64,000 nucleotides of DNA from Spirochaetia bacterium. Its GTDB lineage: Bacteria > Spirochaetota > Spirochaetia > CAKZLE01. Made by a program: the position numbers and the translations under genes. The notes beneath the pieces were generated by a model that was not told where the DNA came from, ran no database searches, and saw only the letters and a program-made list of their open reading frames with translations. Where the stretch lies: the NCBI GenBank assembly GCA_963677595.1, contig OY782041.1, forward strand, positions 2,752,001-2,816,000. The letters run 5' to 3'. Below, piece after piece: positions 48,199-58,471 of the stretch (position 1 is the stretch's first letter; each line of letters begins with the position of its first letter).

Positions 48199-49161
48199 AT
48201 GAACCAAAGGATATCAGGATTCGAGCAGAAGCATCTCCATGACGCAGCACGGCTGCTGGCATACATGCAGGAACCCCTCCCCGGTGGGGCAGCCTTGACG
48301 TATGAACAGGGTGAGCAGGGTATCAGGGAGAGCCTGAAGCAGGAACAGGCTTCAGGCTATGCCCTCATCGAATCCGGTGAACTCGTCGGGTTCCTGATCG
48401 CCGTGATCGAGAAGGATGAGGTATGGGGACGCACAGGTTGGGTACGGTCGGGCAGCTGGGCTGTCGCTCCCGGACATGAGGGCCATCTGTCTGCCCTCTA
48501 TGCAGCCGCAGCCTCCCGATGGGTGGGGGACGGGGTGCTCAGCCACTGCATCGAGGTTACGGCCGGCAATCCTGCGCTGCTCGAAGCGCTCTATGACCTC
48601 GGGTTCGGCAGGGAACAGGTCTATGGGTATCTCAGCCTTGAGGGACAGCTACCAGAATGGGTGCGGGATCCCCGGTATACCGTGAGGCGTTCGGTTCCTG
48701 AGGACCAGCCTCAGGTCGCGGGGTTCTCCCGTATCATCGCGGGGTACCAGACCCGATCCCCGGTATTCGCGCTTGCTCCAGAAGCGTACCTCAAGGCACT
48801 CGATGAAGGATTCAGTCTACTGACGGTCGACCCTGATGCAGAGCTGTTCGTGATCGAGGATGAGACCGGTGAGATCCCCGGGATCATCGTCTATGACGTA
48901 CATCCCCGGCATGGGTCCCAAACGCTTGAAGGCAGTGTCGAGCTGGTGATCTGTGCCGTCATGGAAGCATCAAGGGGGAAGGGGATCGGGAGGCAGCTCG
49001 TAACTGAGAGCCTGCAAACCTATCAGGATGCGGGGTCCCGTATGGTGATCACCGACTGGAGGAGTGCCAACCCGCTCTCCTCGAGGTTCTGGAAATCTAT
49101 GGGATTCATCCCATACCGGTATCGGATGCTACGACGCATCGACCACGCCAGTTCAGTATAA
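48199..49161 (+). CDS. GNAT family N-acetyltransferase (tandem domain)
   Basis: Motif A VMEASRGKGIGRQL; TDWRSANPLSSRFWKSMGF. Confidence 0.88.
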   Translation: MNQRISGFEQKHLHDAARLLAYMQEPLPGGAALTYEQGEQGIRESLKQEQASGYALIESGELVGFLIAVIEKDEVWGRTGWVRSGSWAVAPGHEGHLSALYAAAASRWVGDGVLSHCIEVTAGNPALLEALYDLGFGREQVYGYLSLEGQLPEWVRDPRYTVRRSVPEDQPQVAGFSRIIAGYQTRSPVFALAPEAYLKALDEGFSLLTVDPDAELFVIEDETGEIPGIIVYDVHPRHGSQTLEGSVELVICAVMEASRGKGIGRQLVTESLQTYQDAGSRMVITDWRSANPLSSRFWKSMGFIPYRYRMLRRIDHASSV

Positions 49162-49605
49162 CAGCCCCTTCTCTGCTGCTGCCTGCTCACGCTTCGCTCC
49201 GACTCTCGCCCCGAAGGCCATACCGATGGCAATCGCGACACCGACACCGACTGCCGTATTCCCCAGTGCCGTCCCGACCCCTGCCCCGAGGGCGAGGCCA
49301 AGTGCAAGGCCTGTGCCGGTGTACTGCTCCCTGATCGAGCCTGCGGGGACGAAGCCGAACTGTCTCTCCACCTGCTTCTGGATCGCGGAGAACTGCTTCC
49401 GGTAAAACCTGGGGGAGGAGCCTTGCACGAGCGTCTTCTCCAGGTGTTCTCTCAGCGGGATGAAGAGGGACGCTATATACTCATCTTCCTGCGGTTCGAG
49501 CTTCTCGATGAGCCGGAGGAGCATCCCGACCTTCAGGCTTCTCTCCCGCTTGTCACTAATCCCCTGGGTCATCTCCCTGATCGTCTCGCCGTATCCTTCA
49601 AGCAT
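49153..49605 (-). CDS. Hypothetical membrane protein with glycine-zipper helices
   Basis: GLALGLALGAGVG...GVAIAIGMAFG; SD AAGGAG. Confidence 0.75.
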   Translation of the reverse strand: MLEGYGETIREMTQGISDKRERSLKVGMLLRLIEKLEPQEDEYIASLFIPLREHLEKTLVQGSSPRFYRKQFSAIQKQVERQFGFVPAGSIREQYTGTGLALGLALGAGVGTALGNTAVGVGVAIAIGMAFGARVGAKREQAAAEKGLLY

Positions 49606-49678
49606 GCGGATCTCCTTGATTCATAGTGGCTGTCAGTATACCATGAACAGGGAAGAACGAGTACAGGGAGGAAGGGCC

Positions 49679-49882
49679 ATGCCGGTAATCAAGTTGAGTA
49701 TCAGTGAATTGGATGAGATGAAAAGAATAGGGTTGATCTCAGGTCTTACGAAAACCGCATCGGAGGTCACCGGGATCCCCGAGAAAAGCTTCATCGTCCT
49801 GCTTGATGAGTATCCTGCGCAGAGTATCGGGGTGGGCGGGATCGACCTGGTGGAATTCCGGAAAGACCAGAACCGGGGCTGA
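49679..49882 (+). CDS. 4-oxalocrotonate tautomerase family protein (DmpI-like)
   Basis: N-terminal catalytic Pro (MPVIKL), 67 aa, SIGVGG; SD GGAGG. Confidence 0.85.
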   Translation: MPVIKLSISELDEMKRIGLISGLTKTASEVTGIPEKSFIVLLDEYPAQSIGVGGIDLVEFRKDQNRG

Positions 49883-49885
49883 CCC

Positions 49886-50275
49886 ATGGCAGGTACCGTA
49901 TACGGGACGTTCGATGACCTGCTGGATATCGCCCCTGATCTGTTGAAGCCGATCCTGGCCGCACTGAGAAGCAGGATCCTCGAGATCGAGCCGGAGGCGG
50001 TCGAGACCGTCCGTCCCGGGGAGCGGGCAGCCACCTACGGGGTCGGGGAGAGGAAGAACACCGAAGGGTACCTCTACCTCATGCCCCACAAGGATTGGGT
50101 CAATCTCGGGTTCTATCAGGGGGTCAGTCTCCCTGACCCCGGAGGCTTGCTTGAGGGGACGGGAAAGAAACTTCGCCATATGAAGATACGGGACGCTCGT
50201 CAGGTCGACGACCCTGCTGTCAGCGATCTGATCAGGGCAGCAGCTGCAGAGCGGAAGGGGTCACTGGGCCTCTGA
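49886..50275 (+). CDS. DUF1801 (YdhG-like) domain protein
   Basis: WVNLGFYQGVSLPDPGGLLEGTGKKLRHMKI. Confidence 0.85.
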   Translation: MAGTVYGTFDDLLDIAPDLLKPILAALRSRILEIEPEAVETVRPGERAATYGVGERKNTEGYLYLMPHKDWVNLGFYQGVSLPDPGGLLEGTGKKLRHMKIRDARQVDDPAVSDLIRAAAAERKGSLGL

Positions 50276-52513
50276 GAGGTCTGCATCCAGGACAATTCTT
50301 CCCTGTATGGTGATCTCCCGTTCGGTCCCCTGGTATCGTATCGTGGTGCGCTTCTCCGTATCAGTGACCAGCACGGCTTCCGTGAGCCTGTGGTCATCCC
50401 ACCTCAGGTCGACAGTTACTCTGCCCCGTGCCCTCAGGCCGGTGACCTGTCCGCAGGACCAGCTGCTTGGGAGGGCAGGGAGGAGGTGGATCGTCCCGTC
50501 ATGGCTCTGGAGCAGCATCTCGGCTATACCCGCCGTCAGGCCGGTGTTTCCGTCGAGCTCGTAGACATTGGCGAAGGAGGGAGCCCCCCTCGTAGGCGGA
50601 TGGATGATCATCCCGTTCGGTTCACGCAGGCCCTTTACCATCTCCATGATATGGAACCAGGCATCACCAGGTCGGTGGAGCCTCGCACAGTAGAGGATGA
50701 GCATGGACCGTGCCCAGCCGGTATCCTCCCATCTGTCATAAGGTTCGAGTTTGTCCTCTATCGTCCGGAAGGCTGCCTCCGCGAGCTCCGGTGTCTTCTC
50801 CGGCGTGATCTGTGAGAAGGGGTAGAGTCCGAGGAGGTGACTGGTGTGACGGTGCTGCACGTCCTCGGCGGGGAGATCATGCTCCCACTCCGCGATCCTC
50901 CCCTCCGCAGTGATGCGGAACGGCGGGACCTTCCCGACCATCAGGGAGACCTGCTTCCAGAGATCCTGATCATACCCATGCATATACGTTGCGGCATCGA
51001 GATAGATCATGAAGAGTTCCCTGATCATCGTATACTCGAAGGTCGTACCGCAGCTCAGGTGAAGCTTCGTATCGGAAGAGAGGAAGCCGTTCTCCGGGGA
51101 AGTCGAGGGACCGCTTCTATAGGATCCCCCCTCCTCGAAGAGGTAGGCGGTGAAGAACCGAACCGACTCCTCGATGATGGGGAACGCCTCCTCTTCGAGG
51201 AACTCCCGATCCCCGGTGAAGAGGAAGTGCTCATACAGATGGGTCAGGATCCAGATGCCGCAGCCCGGTGCGGCCGTGATCGGTGCGGCCCAGTAGGGAG
51301 AAGCGAACCCCCAGGCGTTCGAGACGATCTCGGCAGACCAGCCAGGCAGCCCATAACTCTCCCTGGCGGCACGCTTTCCCTGCGGGAGGAGGATCTCCCG
51401 GGTCCACCGGAAGAGCGGCTGGTTGACTTCTCCCATGCTGGTGACCTCCGAGGGCCAGTAGTTCATCTGGGTGTTGATATCGAGATGCATGTCGCAGGTC
51501 CAGCCGATGCGGCAGGCGACATTGTCATTCCAGATACCCTGCAGGTGGGCTGGAAGCGGGGAATCTTCCCTGCTGCTGGAGTAGAGCAGGTAGCGCCCGT
51601 ACTGGTAGAGGAGCGGGATCTCACAAGCTGTCTGGTCCTCTCCAGACTGCAGGTCGAGTCTCGACCTTGAGAAGAGTCCCGACATCTCGTCCTTATGAGC
51701 AGAGAAGAGCGTCTCGACTTCGGGGAATGAGATACCCTGCAGTCTTGCTTCCAGGGCCCCTGCCTCCCGGATGAAGGCTGCGACGTCACGGGAGAAATCC
51801 GTGATGCAGGAGTATATGACAATACTATGCCGTGTGTCGCTGACCGTACCTGCGTCAGGGTCAAAGACCCCATCGGTGATGATGCGGACCTTCCCGTGGA
51901 GAATGACCCCGGTCTTGCCGTCACTGTGCAAGGACTCGACCGCCTGCGTGGTGAAGCTCATCCCCGAAGCAGTGGGTGTGCAGGTATAGACCGGGCTGTA
52001 GGGGGTGAGGGCTAGCTTGATACTGATCGGGCTCTCAGAGGTGATCTCATGGACGAGGAGGTTGCCTGCAGAGGAGGTGAAACTCCTCCTGCGGACCTCC
52101 TGATTCCCGTACTGGGTAGTGCTTGAGGCGACTGCATCCTGTATATCGAGTTCCCGGTAGTAAGCCTGTGGATCGTGTCCTTCGATCGGGAGCAGGGTCG
52201 TGATGCTGAGCTCCCCGACGGGAAGGTTGGTCCCGTAGTTGTTCTTCCTCCCGATGAAGCCCTCTGCGGCTTCCTCAGCCTCCTGGTACGCTCCCCTGCG
52301 GCTGAGTTCCCGCATCCTCCTGAACGCTTCGGGTGCCCCGGGCTGGTTGTCGGCAGGTGAGGCTTCACCGCTGTAGAAGGTGTTCTCCGAGATGAGGATG
52401 CGGTCCCCTTCCGGGGACCCGAATACCATGGCCCCGATGCGGCCGTTCCCCAGGGGATAGGCCTCCCCGAACCGCGTCGCGGCGGTCCGGGAGGTGAACC
52501 TGCAGGAATCCAT
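50261..52513 (-). CDS. GH95 alpha-1,2-L-fucosidase-like
   Basis: PLGNGRIGAMVFG, QYGRYLL, LQGIWN, DINTQMNYW, HRHTSHL, DGN.G.TAGIAEMLLQSH. Confidence 0.93.
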   Translation of the reverse strand: MDSCRFTSRTAATRFGEAYPLGNGRIGAMVFGSPEGDRILISENTFYSGEASPADNQPGAPEAFRRMRELSRRGAYQEAEEAAEGFIGRKNNYGTNLPVGELSITTLLPIEGHDPQAYYRELDIQDAVASSTTQYGNQEVRRRSFTSSAGNLLVHEITSESPISIKLALTPYSPVYTCTPTASGMSFTTQAVESLHSDGKTGVILHGKVRIITDGVFDPDAGTVSDTRHSIVIYSCITDFSRDVAAFIREAGALEARLQGISFPEVETLFSAHKDEMSGLFSRSRLDLQSGEDQTACEIPLLYQYGRYLLYSSSREDSPLPAHLQGIWNDNVACRIGWTCDMHLDINTQMNYWPSEVTSMGEVNQPLFRWTREILLPQGKRAARESYGLPGWSAEIVSNAWGFASPYWAAPITAAPGCGIWILTHLYEHFLFTGDREFLEEEAFPIIEESVRFFTAYLFEEGGSYRSGPSTSPENGFLSSDTKLHLSCGTTFEYTMIRELFMIYLDAATYMHGYDQDLWKQVSLMVGKVPPFRITAEGRIAEWEHDLPAEDVQHRHTSHLLGLYPFSQITPEKTPELAEAAFRTIEDKLEPYDRWEDTGWARSMLILYCARLHRPGDAWFHIMEMVKGLREPNGMIIHPPTRGAPSFANVYELDGNTGLTAGIAEMLLQSHDGTIHLLPALPSSWSCGQVTGLRARGRVTVDLRWDDHRLTEAVLVTDTEKRTTIRYQGTEREITIQGRIVLDADLSEAQ

Positions 52514-52518
52514 GGGGG

Positions 52519-53349
52519 CTAGCCCTTGACTGATCCTGCTGTGATCCCCTGCAGGATGTACTTCTGGCCGAGGAGGTAGACGATGATGACCGGGAGTGTC
52601 GTGAGGACGATGTCAGCGAAGATGAGGTTCCACTCGGAGTTGTACTTGCCGAAGAAGTTGTAGACCGCGAGGTTCATCGGCCACATGGCGCTCTTGCTCG
52701 TGAGGTAGAGCGGGGTGATGAAGTCGCTCCAGACCCCCATGAACTGGAGGATGAAGGCTGTGACGAGGATCGGCTGCAGCAGCGGTACGATGACGATGAA
52801 GAAGAGCTGGAGCGGTCCGGAACCATCGATGATCGCCGCCTCGTCGATCGAGAGGGGAATCGTGGCGATGAAGTTCTTGATCACGAAGACACAGAACGGG
52901 ATCATGGAACTCAGGAACACGATGATCAGTCCCATCCTCATGTTCGACAGGTGCGTCAATTGGAGGATCTTCGAGAGCGTGACGTAGTTGATCGGCAGGA
53001 AGAGCCCGCAGATGATGAAGTAGTAGAAGAGGTTCATCTGCTTCGAGCTCCTTCGGTGGAGGACGAAGCTGGCCATGGCCGCGAGCAGGACCGCGATGCC
53101 TGAGGAGACGGTCGAGTAGAAGAGGCTGTTGAAGAAGCCCTGTACGAGCCGTCCCTTGTCGATGACGTCACGGTAGTTCTCGAAGTGCCACTCGGTTGGC
53201 AGCCTCAGGTTGACCCGTGCTGCCTCCCCCTTGGACTTGAACGAGTTGACCAGCACCAGGTAGAACGGGGTGATGATGATCAGGCAGAGGATGATGAGCA
53301 GGACCTGCTTTATGGTCTTATTCAGTAGTTTCTTGGTTTTCGTGTTCAT
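52519..53349 (-). CDS. Carbohydrate ABC permease (MalG-like)
   Basis: IDEAAIIDGS EAA motif; GITAGSVKG. Confidence 0.93.
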   Translation of the reverse strand: MNTKTKKLLNKTIKQVLLIILCLIIITPFYLVLVNSFKSKGEAARVNLRLPTEWHFENYRDVIDKGRLVQGFFNSLFYSTVSSGIAVLLAAMASFVLHRRSSKQMNLFYYFIICGLFLPINYVTLSKILQLTHLSNMRMGLIIVFLSSMIPFCVFVIKNFIATIPLSIDEAAIIDGSGPLQLFFIVIVPLLQPILVTAFILQFMGVWSDFITPLYLTSKSAMWPMNLAVYNFFGKYNSEWNLIFADIVLTTLPVIIVYLLGQKYILQGITAGSVKG

Positions 53350-53350
53350 C

Positions 53351-54229
53351 TTAGTGCTGGACCTCCTTGCGGCTCATCCTGACGACGATCAGGATACCCG
53401 CTATCGTCGATACGATGAAGAGGATGGTGCTCATGGCGACCGAGAGGCCGTAGAGGCCGGTGGCATAGAGCTTGTAGGCATAGGTGGTGACGACCTCGGT
53501 CGCATGGCCCGGCCCGCCGTTGGTCAGGACATACACGATATCGAAGACCTTCAGCCCGTAGGTGATGCCGAACACCAGGTTGATCATGATCGAGCCTGAG
53601 AGCATCGGCAGGGTGATGTACCAGAGCTTGTGGAAGAAGCGGGCCCCGTCAATCTCCGCAGCCTCGTAGTACGAATGCGGTATGGCACTCAAGCCCGCGA
53701 GGAAGATCGTCATGACATACCCCAGGCCTCTCCAGGCATCCACGAGATAGATCGATTTCCAGACTACCTGCAGGTCGGAGAGCCACTTCTGCTGGAGGAA
53801 CTCCAGGTGGAGTGCCCCGAGCCCGACATTGAGGATCCCGTCCTCGTAGTTGAAGACTGCCTTGAAGATCAGCCCGATGATGAGGAAGGGGAGGATCGCC
53901 GGCATGTAGAGGATGGTCCGGTAGAGATTCTGTCCCCGTAATCCGAACTGCAGGAGTATAGCGAGAAAGAGAGCGGGGATGAGCTTGACGACATTCGATA
54001 CGACGGTGAACTTGAGGGTGTTGATGATCCCGCTGCCGTAGCCCTTGTCCGAGGTGAAGATCTCGATATAGTTCTGCAGTCCGACAAAGCTTATCTCGCC
54101 CTTGTTCCTGACGTTCCAGTCGGTGAAGGAGTAGAATACCCCCAGGATACTGGGCATGAGGAAGAAGACGACATAGAAGAAGAGCGGGATGAGAACGAAC
54201 CATAATGGATAGATTGAGCGCTTGTTCAT
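53351..54229 (-). CDS. Carbohydrate ABC permease (MalF-like)
   Basis: FVGLQNY, YYEAAEIDGA and TNGGPG. Confidence 0.93.
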   Translation of the reverse strand: MNKRSIYPLWFVLIPLFFYVVFFLMPSILGVFYSFTDWNVRNKGEISFVGLQNYIEIFTSDKGYGSGIINTLKFTVVSNVVKLIPALFLAILLQFGLRGQNLYRTILYMPAILPFLIIGLIFKAVFNYEDGILNVGLGALHLEFLQQKWLSDLQVVWKSIYLVDAWRGLGYVMTIFLAGLSAIPHSYYEAAEIDGARFFHKLWYITLPMLSGSIMINLVFGITYGLKVFDIVYVLTNGGPGHATEVVTTYAYKLYATGLYGLSVAMSTILFIVSTIAGILIVVRMSRKEVQH

Positions 54230-54254
54230 GATAATCCTTTTTCCCAAGAGATGG

Positions 54255-54280
54255 GGGATGACCCCGGGCGGGGTCATCCC
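54255..54280. repeat. Intergenic hairpin after SBP gene
   Basis: GGGATGACCCCG-GG-CGGGGTCATCCC. Confidence 0.65.
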
Positions 54281-54293
54281 GTTAGATGAGATC

Positions 54294-55628
54294 CTACCAG
54301 TTGGAGTCTCCGGCGATCTTCGCTGCCTGGGCGCGGTTCGCGTCCATGTTCTTGAGTACGTCGTTCGCACTCATGGTCCCCTGGCAGAAAGCCACCATGT
54401 CCGCACCGAAGTCCATCCAGAAGTCATTGGTGTACTTGGTGCCTGACTGGAGAACGGGGGTTACCATCAGGTCTGCGGGGATCGAGTCGATGAACTCCTT
54501 CTCTTCCGGCAGCCAGTGCTGGTTGACTGCATCGTCGTTCACGTGGATGTTCGTATAAGCCGGTGAGTTGTCGAGGATCTCCTGCAGGCTCTGTGTCTCG
54601 GTCACGAAGGAGAAGAACTCCTTGACGAGGTCTTCGTTCTCGGTCCCCTTGTAGCCGAACATGGTCGGGCCGGCAGGGTTCGTCGGGAAGTACTTGTTGT
54701 CAGCGAGCGGGATGAGGAAGAGGCCGTAATCGTCGGTCGAGTCCGTCTCGTCCTTGATCTGCTGGATGTAGCTTGAGTTGGCCATGGCCATACCGATCTT
54801 GCGGTCAGCGAAGAGGTTGACCATGTTGGTGCTGTTCGAGCCGATCCAGTCCTCGCCGAAGTAGCCGAGGTCTGAGAGTTCCTTGAACTGGTTTAGGACC
54901 TTCAGCATCGTCTGGTTGCCTGCGAAGGTGGCTGTGTTGGCATTGAGTGCATCATAGAGACCGGGCTGTGCGGCTTCATAGACACCGCCGATCTGGAAGA
55001 AGCTCAGCTGGTGCTGCCACCCGTCTGCACCGGGGACGAACCACGGGGTGATGCCGTTGGAGTCAAGGGCCTTGCTCACGGCAAGCAGCTCATCATAGGT
55101 CTTCGGGGCTGTGAGGCCGAGTTCGTTGAAGAGGGACTTGTTGTAGACCATGACGTACTCAGGTGAGTTGTGCCAGAGCTGGAGGCCGTAGAGGGCATCG
55201 TCGATCTTGCATGACAGCAGCCGTGCCTCAGGTACCACGCTCTCCCATGCCTCGCCTGAGAAGTCGATGCAGTAGTCTTCGTAATCGACGATGACTGACT
55301 CGATGGCGAAGGGGTTCGACTGGATCCAGAAGACATCTGCGCATTCGCCGGTCAGCAGTCTGACCTGGAGCAGGTCGCTGTACTGGGTAGCAGGGATCGC
55401 CTGCAGGTCAACGGTGACATCATAGGTGTCCTCGAATCGTGCGATGGTCTCATCGTAGCGGCTGTCCATCCACCCGGTGGATACGAGGATGCTCAGCTCC
55501 TCACCGGCATAGGGATTGGACGGGGTGCTCTCCTGGGAGCCCCCCGCAAAGATGTTCTGTCCTGTGAATAGTATTGCGCATACGATGAGCGCAAGCATGA
55601 CAGACCTGAAATTAACCTGGTTTTTCAT
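54294..55628 (-). CDS. Carbohydrate ABC solute-binding protein
   Basis: Signal …IFAGGSQE; YNKSLFNELG..PKTYDEL SBP family 1 motif; SD GGAGG. Confidence 0.9.
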   Translation of the reverse strand: MKNQVNFRSVMLALIVCAILFTGQNIFAGGSQESTPSNPYAGEELSILVSTGWMDSRYDETIARFEDTYDVTVDLQAIPATQYSDLLQVRLLTGECADVFWIQSNPFAIESVIVDYEDYCIDFSGEAWESVVPEARLLSCKIDDALYGLQLWHNSPEYVMVYNKSLFNELGLTAPKTYDELLAVSKALDSNGITPWFVPGADGWQHQLSFFQIGGVYEAAQPGLYDALNANTATFAGNQTMLKVLNQFKELSDLGYFGEDWIGSNSTNMVNLFADRKIGMAMANSSYIQQIKDETDSTDDYGLFLIPLADNKYFPTNPAGPTMFGYKGTENEDLVKEFFSFVTETQSLQEILDNSPAYTNIHVNDDAVNQHWLPEEKEFIDSIPADLMVTPVLQSGTKYTNDFWMDFGADMVAFCQGTMSANDVLKNMDANRAQAAKIAGDSNW

Positions 55629-55664
55629 AAAATCCTCCATATATGATGTTTTTGGATATATACA

Positions 55665-55725
55665 AGTATAAACCCTCATTCCCAGCAGTCTATGGACATA
55701 ATAGTTCAGTAGTTGTACTTTTCGG
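55665..55725 (-). promoter_or_regulatory. Activator-dependent promoter (copy 1) of ABC-GH95 operon
   Basis: GTACA/GTCCA direct repeat with 21-bp period, then TAGACT-16-TATACT; near-identical to 63253-63314. Confidence 0.7.
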
Positions 55726-55790
55726 GACACAGAAAGAGCTCCCCTGGTGTGAGCGAGGGAGCCTCAGCATCCCGGACACGGATAAAGAGT

Positions 55791-55820
55791 TTGACAGCGG
55801 TTTTGTCTTGGTCCTATACT
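55791..55820 (+). promoter_or_regulatory. sigma70 promoter of the TCS
   Basis: TTGACA-18bp-TATACT, 9 nt before ATG. Confidence 0.65.
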
Positions 55821-55829
55821 GAAAGGGCT

Positions 55830-57662
55830 ATGAGCGTATCATCCCGTACGAATACCAGGGCCGGCAGGAACAGGAAACTGAAGCTGTCGGTCAAGTTCTT
55901 CCTCTTCTTCCTCCTGGTGTCACTGGTATCGCTCGGGAGCATGGCGATCTTCTCATCAGCCTATTTCTCACACATCCTCGTGGAGCGTGAGGTCTCATCC
56001 TTCAAGGCGCTGACCTCCTCGTTCCTGAGCCAGACCGAGAACGAGATCCAGGTCATGGATGACGTCTCGATCAATATCCTCTACAGCAATCTGGTCCAGG
56101 ACAACTTCACCCGGTTCCTCGATTCCGAGTCGGACCGGCACGAGATGTTCTCGAACCTCATCAGTATCTTCGGGGCCTTCAACGGGGCCAACGTGGCTCT
56201 CCCGGTGATCTCGGTCTACAGCAATGAAGGAGAGAAGGTGAGCATCGGGGCCTATTCCACTATGGAGACCGTCGATATGGATACGCTCCCCTGGATAGAG
56301 GGGGTGGGTGAGCATCGGTTCCGTAAGTACATAAGCCTTCCGTATGCATCGACCATGATGCAGAGCAGCAGGAGCGTCTCCCATTATTACATCTCGCTCT
56401 ACCGCATGATGCGGGACCAGCACGGGAGCGATATCGGGTATATCGAGACTGCACAGTATGCCGAGGATGTCTTCAGCAGCATCCTCACCTACCGGAAGCG
56501 GATGGACCCTGACCTGACCGTCCTGGTATTCGACGGGGAGGGGGAGCTCATCTTCCCCTTCTACCAAATCCAGGTTGATGAGGACCTGCAGGAACACTAT
56601 TACCGGACGGCAGTGGGGCATGAGGAGGCACGTGAGGTGAAGAATCCGATCACCGGCAGTATGGAGCTGATCTTCGGGGAGAGTTCGGGGTACACCGGCT
56701 GGACCTATATCTGCGTGCAGGATACCGACGCGGTCCTGGCCCCGGTCCACAATGCCTCGATGATCCTCATGGCCGCGACCCTCCTGATCCTCCTCATCGT
56801 CACGGGGATCTCCTACTACCTCTCAAGATCGGTCACCAGCCCCATCAGGGACCTGCTCAAGACCATAGACACGACGAACATCGAGACGCTCTCCGGTGAG
56901 AAGCGGCACCTGGACTCCTCCTATAATGAGTTCGATGAGCTCAATGACGCCTTCCACGACATGAGCGCGAACCTGAAGCAGTCCATGGATGAGCTGATCT
57001 ATGCACGGCAGCGGGAGATGGAGTCGAGGTTCCTGACCCTGCAGGCACAGATCAACCCCCATTTCTACTACAACTCCCTCTCGAGCATCATCGCCCTCTC
57101 CGAATCAGGGAAGTCAGATGAGGTGGTCCAGTTCTGTACCAACTTGAGCAGGATCATGCGGTATGCCGCGCAGAGGCGGCCGAGCATCGTGACCCTTGCC
57201 ACCGAGATCGAGTATGCCGAGAAGTACCTCTACTGCATGAAGGTCCGCTACCAGAAGAGCCTGAATTATACCATAGAGGTCGACGAGTCGCTTAAGGAGA
57301 CCCCCGTCCCGCGGCTGGTCATCCAGCCCCTCGTGGAGAACGCGATCAAGTACGGTACGGACTGCGCGCCTCCCTGGACGATATCGATCAGGGCCGAGCG
57401 GCAGGATGACGGCTGGGTGATCCGGGTCTGTGACTCGGGGAAGGGCTTCAGCAGCGAGGCGCTCTCGGAGATAGAGGGGAAGATGGCAGCCTGGAATCTT
57501 GAGACTCGCATCCCGGCAGATCCCGCCGCTGAGGGGGGGCTCGGGCTGATCAATGTATATGCACGATGGAGGATCTTCTGCGAATCCTCGTTCTACTTCC
57601 ATATCGACAGCACGGAGACCGGTTCCTGCGTGACCCTGGGCCGGAGAGGTAAGGAGGCATGA
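55830..57662 (+). CDS. YesM-like sensor histidine kinase (dCache-HAMP-His_kinase)
   Basis: 2 TMs, LQAQINPHFYYNSL, QPLVENAIKYG, DSGKG and GLGLINV. Confidence 0.94.
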   Translation: MSVSSRTNTRAGRNRKLKLSVKFFLFFLLVSLVSLGSMAIFSSAYFSHILVEREVSSFKALTSSFLSQTENEIQVMDDVSINILYSNLVQDNFTRFLDSESDRHEMFSNLISIFGAFNGANVALPVISVYSNEGEKVSIGAYSTMETVDMDTLPWIEGVGEHRFRKYISLPYASTMMQSSRSVSHYYISLYRMMRDQHGSDIGYIETAQYAEDVFSSILTYRKRMDPDLTVLVFDGEGELIFPFYQIQVDEDLQEHYYRTAVGHEEAREVKNPITGSMELIFGESSGYTGWTYICVQDTDAVLAPVHNASMILMAATLLILLIVTGISYYLSRSVTSPIRDLLKTIDTTNIETLSGEKRHLDSSYNEFDELNDAFHDMSANLKQSMDELIYARQREMESRFLTLQAQINPHFYYNSLSSIIALSESGKSDEVVQFCTNLSRIMRYAAQRRPSIVTLATEIEYAEKYLYCMKVRYQKSLNYTIEVDESLKETPVPRLVIQPLVENAIKYGTDCAPPWTISIRAERQDDGWVIRVCDSGKGFSSEALSEIEGKMAAWNLETRIPADPAAEGGLGLINVYARWRIFCESSFYFHIDSTETGSCVTLGRRGKEA

Positions 57663-57663
57663 A

Positions 57664-58464
57664 GTGAAGAGTCCCTACACGGTAGTCGTCGCCGAGGATG
57701 AGGAGCTGCTGCTCGACAACCTCATCGACAAGATCCACCAGCTTGACCTGGGGTTCATCGTCACCGGCATGGCCCAGACGGGCGAGGAGGCCCTCGAACA
57801 GGTCAGGCTCCACTCTCCCGACCTCCTGGTCACCGATATACGGATGCCGGTCATGGACGGGATGGCGCTGCTCTCCCGGGTCGCGGATGAGTACCCCGAT
57901 ATGAAGTCGGTCATCATCAGCGGGTATTCCGACTTCGAGTATGCCAAGGAGGCGCTCAAGTACCATGTGCATGAGTACCTGCTCAAGCCGGTAGACCGGG
58001 AGGAGCTGAAGAACACCCTGCTCCATATCAGGACGGAGCTCGACCTGAAGAAGGAGGAGCTGATCTCCGAGCTCTCCCTTTCCTCGATCACCACCAAGGA
58101 GAAGGCTGCCGAGGTCCTCAAGGATTATATCAGGGCGAACTACGAGCGGAACTTCAACCTCGAGGACATCGTCTCCCGGATCGACTACAGCCCCGATTAC
58201 GTGACGAAGGCCTTCACGGCCCTCTACGGGATGAGCCCGGTGAAGTATGCCATTTCCCTGCGGGTCCATAAGGCCCAGCACCTACTCTTCCACAACCCCG
58301 AACTCAGTATACAGCAGGTCGGGGAGATGGTCGGCTATGAGGATATCAGCTACTTCAGCCGGATCTTCAAGAAGTATGCCGGGGTGAGTCCCGGGCAGTA
58401 CCGGGAGAAGGAACTCAAGGAGATCCCCGCTACAGAGGATCTTCCCTACCCCGAAGAGCCGTAA
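57664..58464 (+). CDS. YesN-like response regulator (REC + AraC HTH)
   Basis: AEDE, TDIRMPVMDG, SGYSDFEYA, LKP and GYEDISYFSRIFKK..GVSP. Confidence 0.95.
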   Translation: MKSPYTVVVAEDEELLLDNLIDKIHQLDLGFIVTGMAQTGEEALEQVRLHSPDLLVTDIRMPVMDGMALLSRVADEYPDMKSVIISGYSDFEYAKEALKYHVHEYLLKPVDREELKNTLLHIRTELDLKKEELISELSLSSITTKEKAAEVLKDYIRANYERNFNLEDIVSRIDYSPDYVTKAFTALYGMSPVKYAISLRVHKAQHLLFHNPELSIQQVGEMVGYEDISYFSRIFKKYAGVSPGQYREKELKEIPATEDLPYPEEP

Positions 58465-58471
58465 GCCGCCC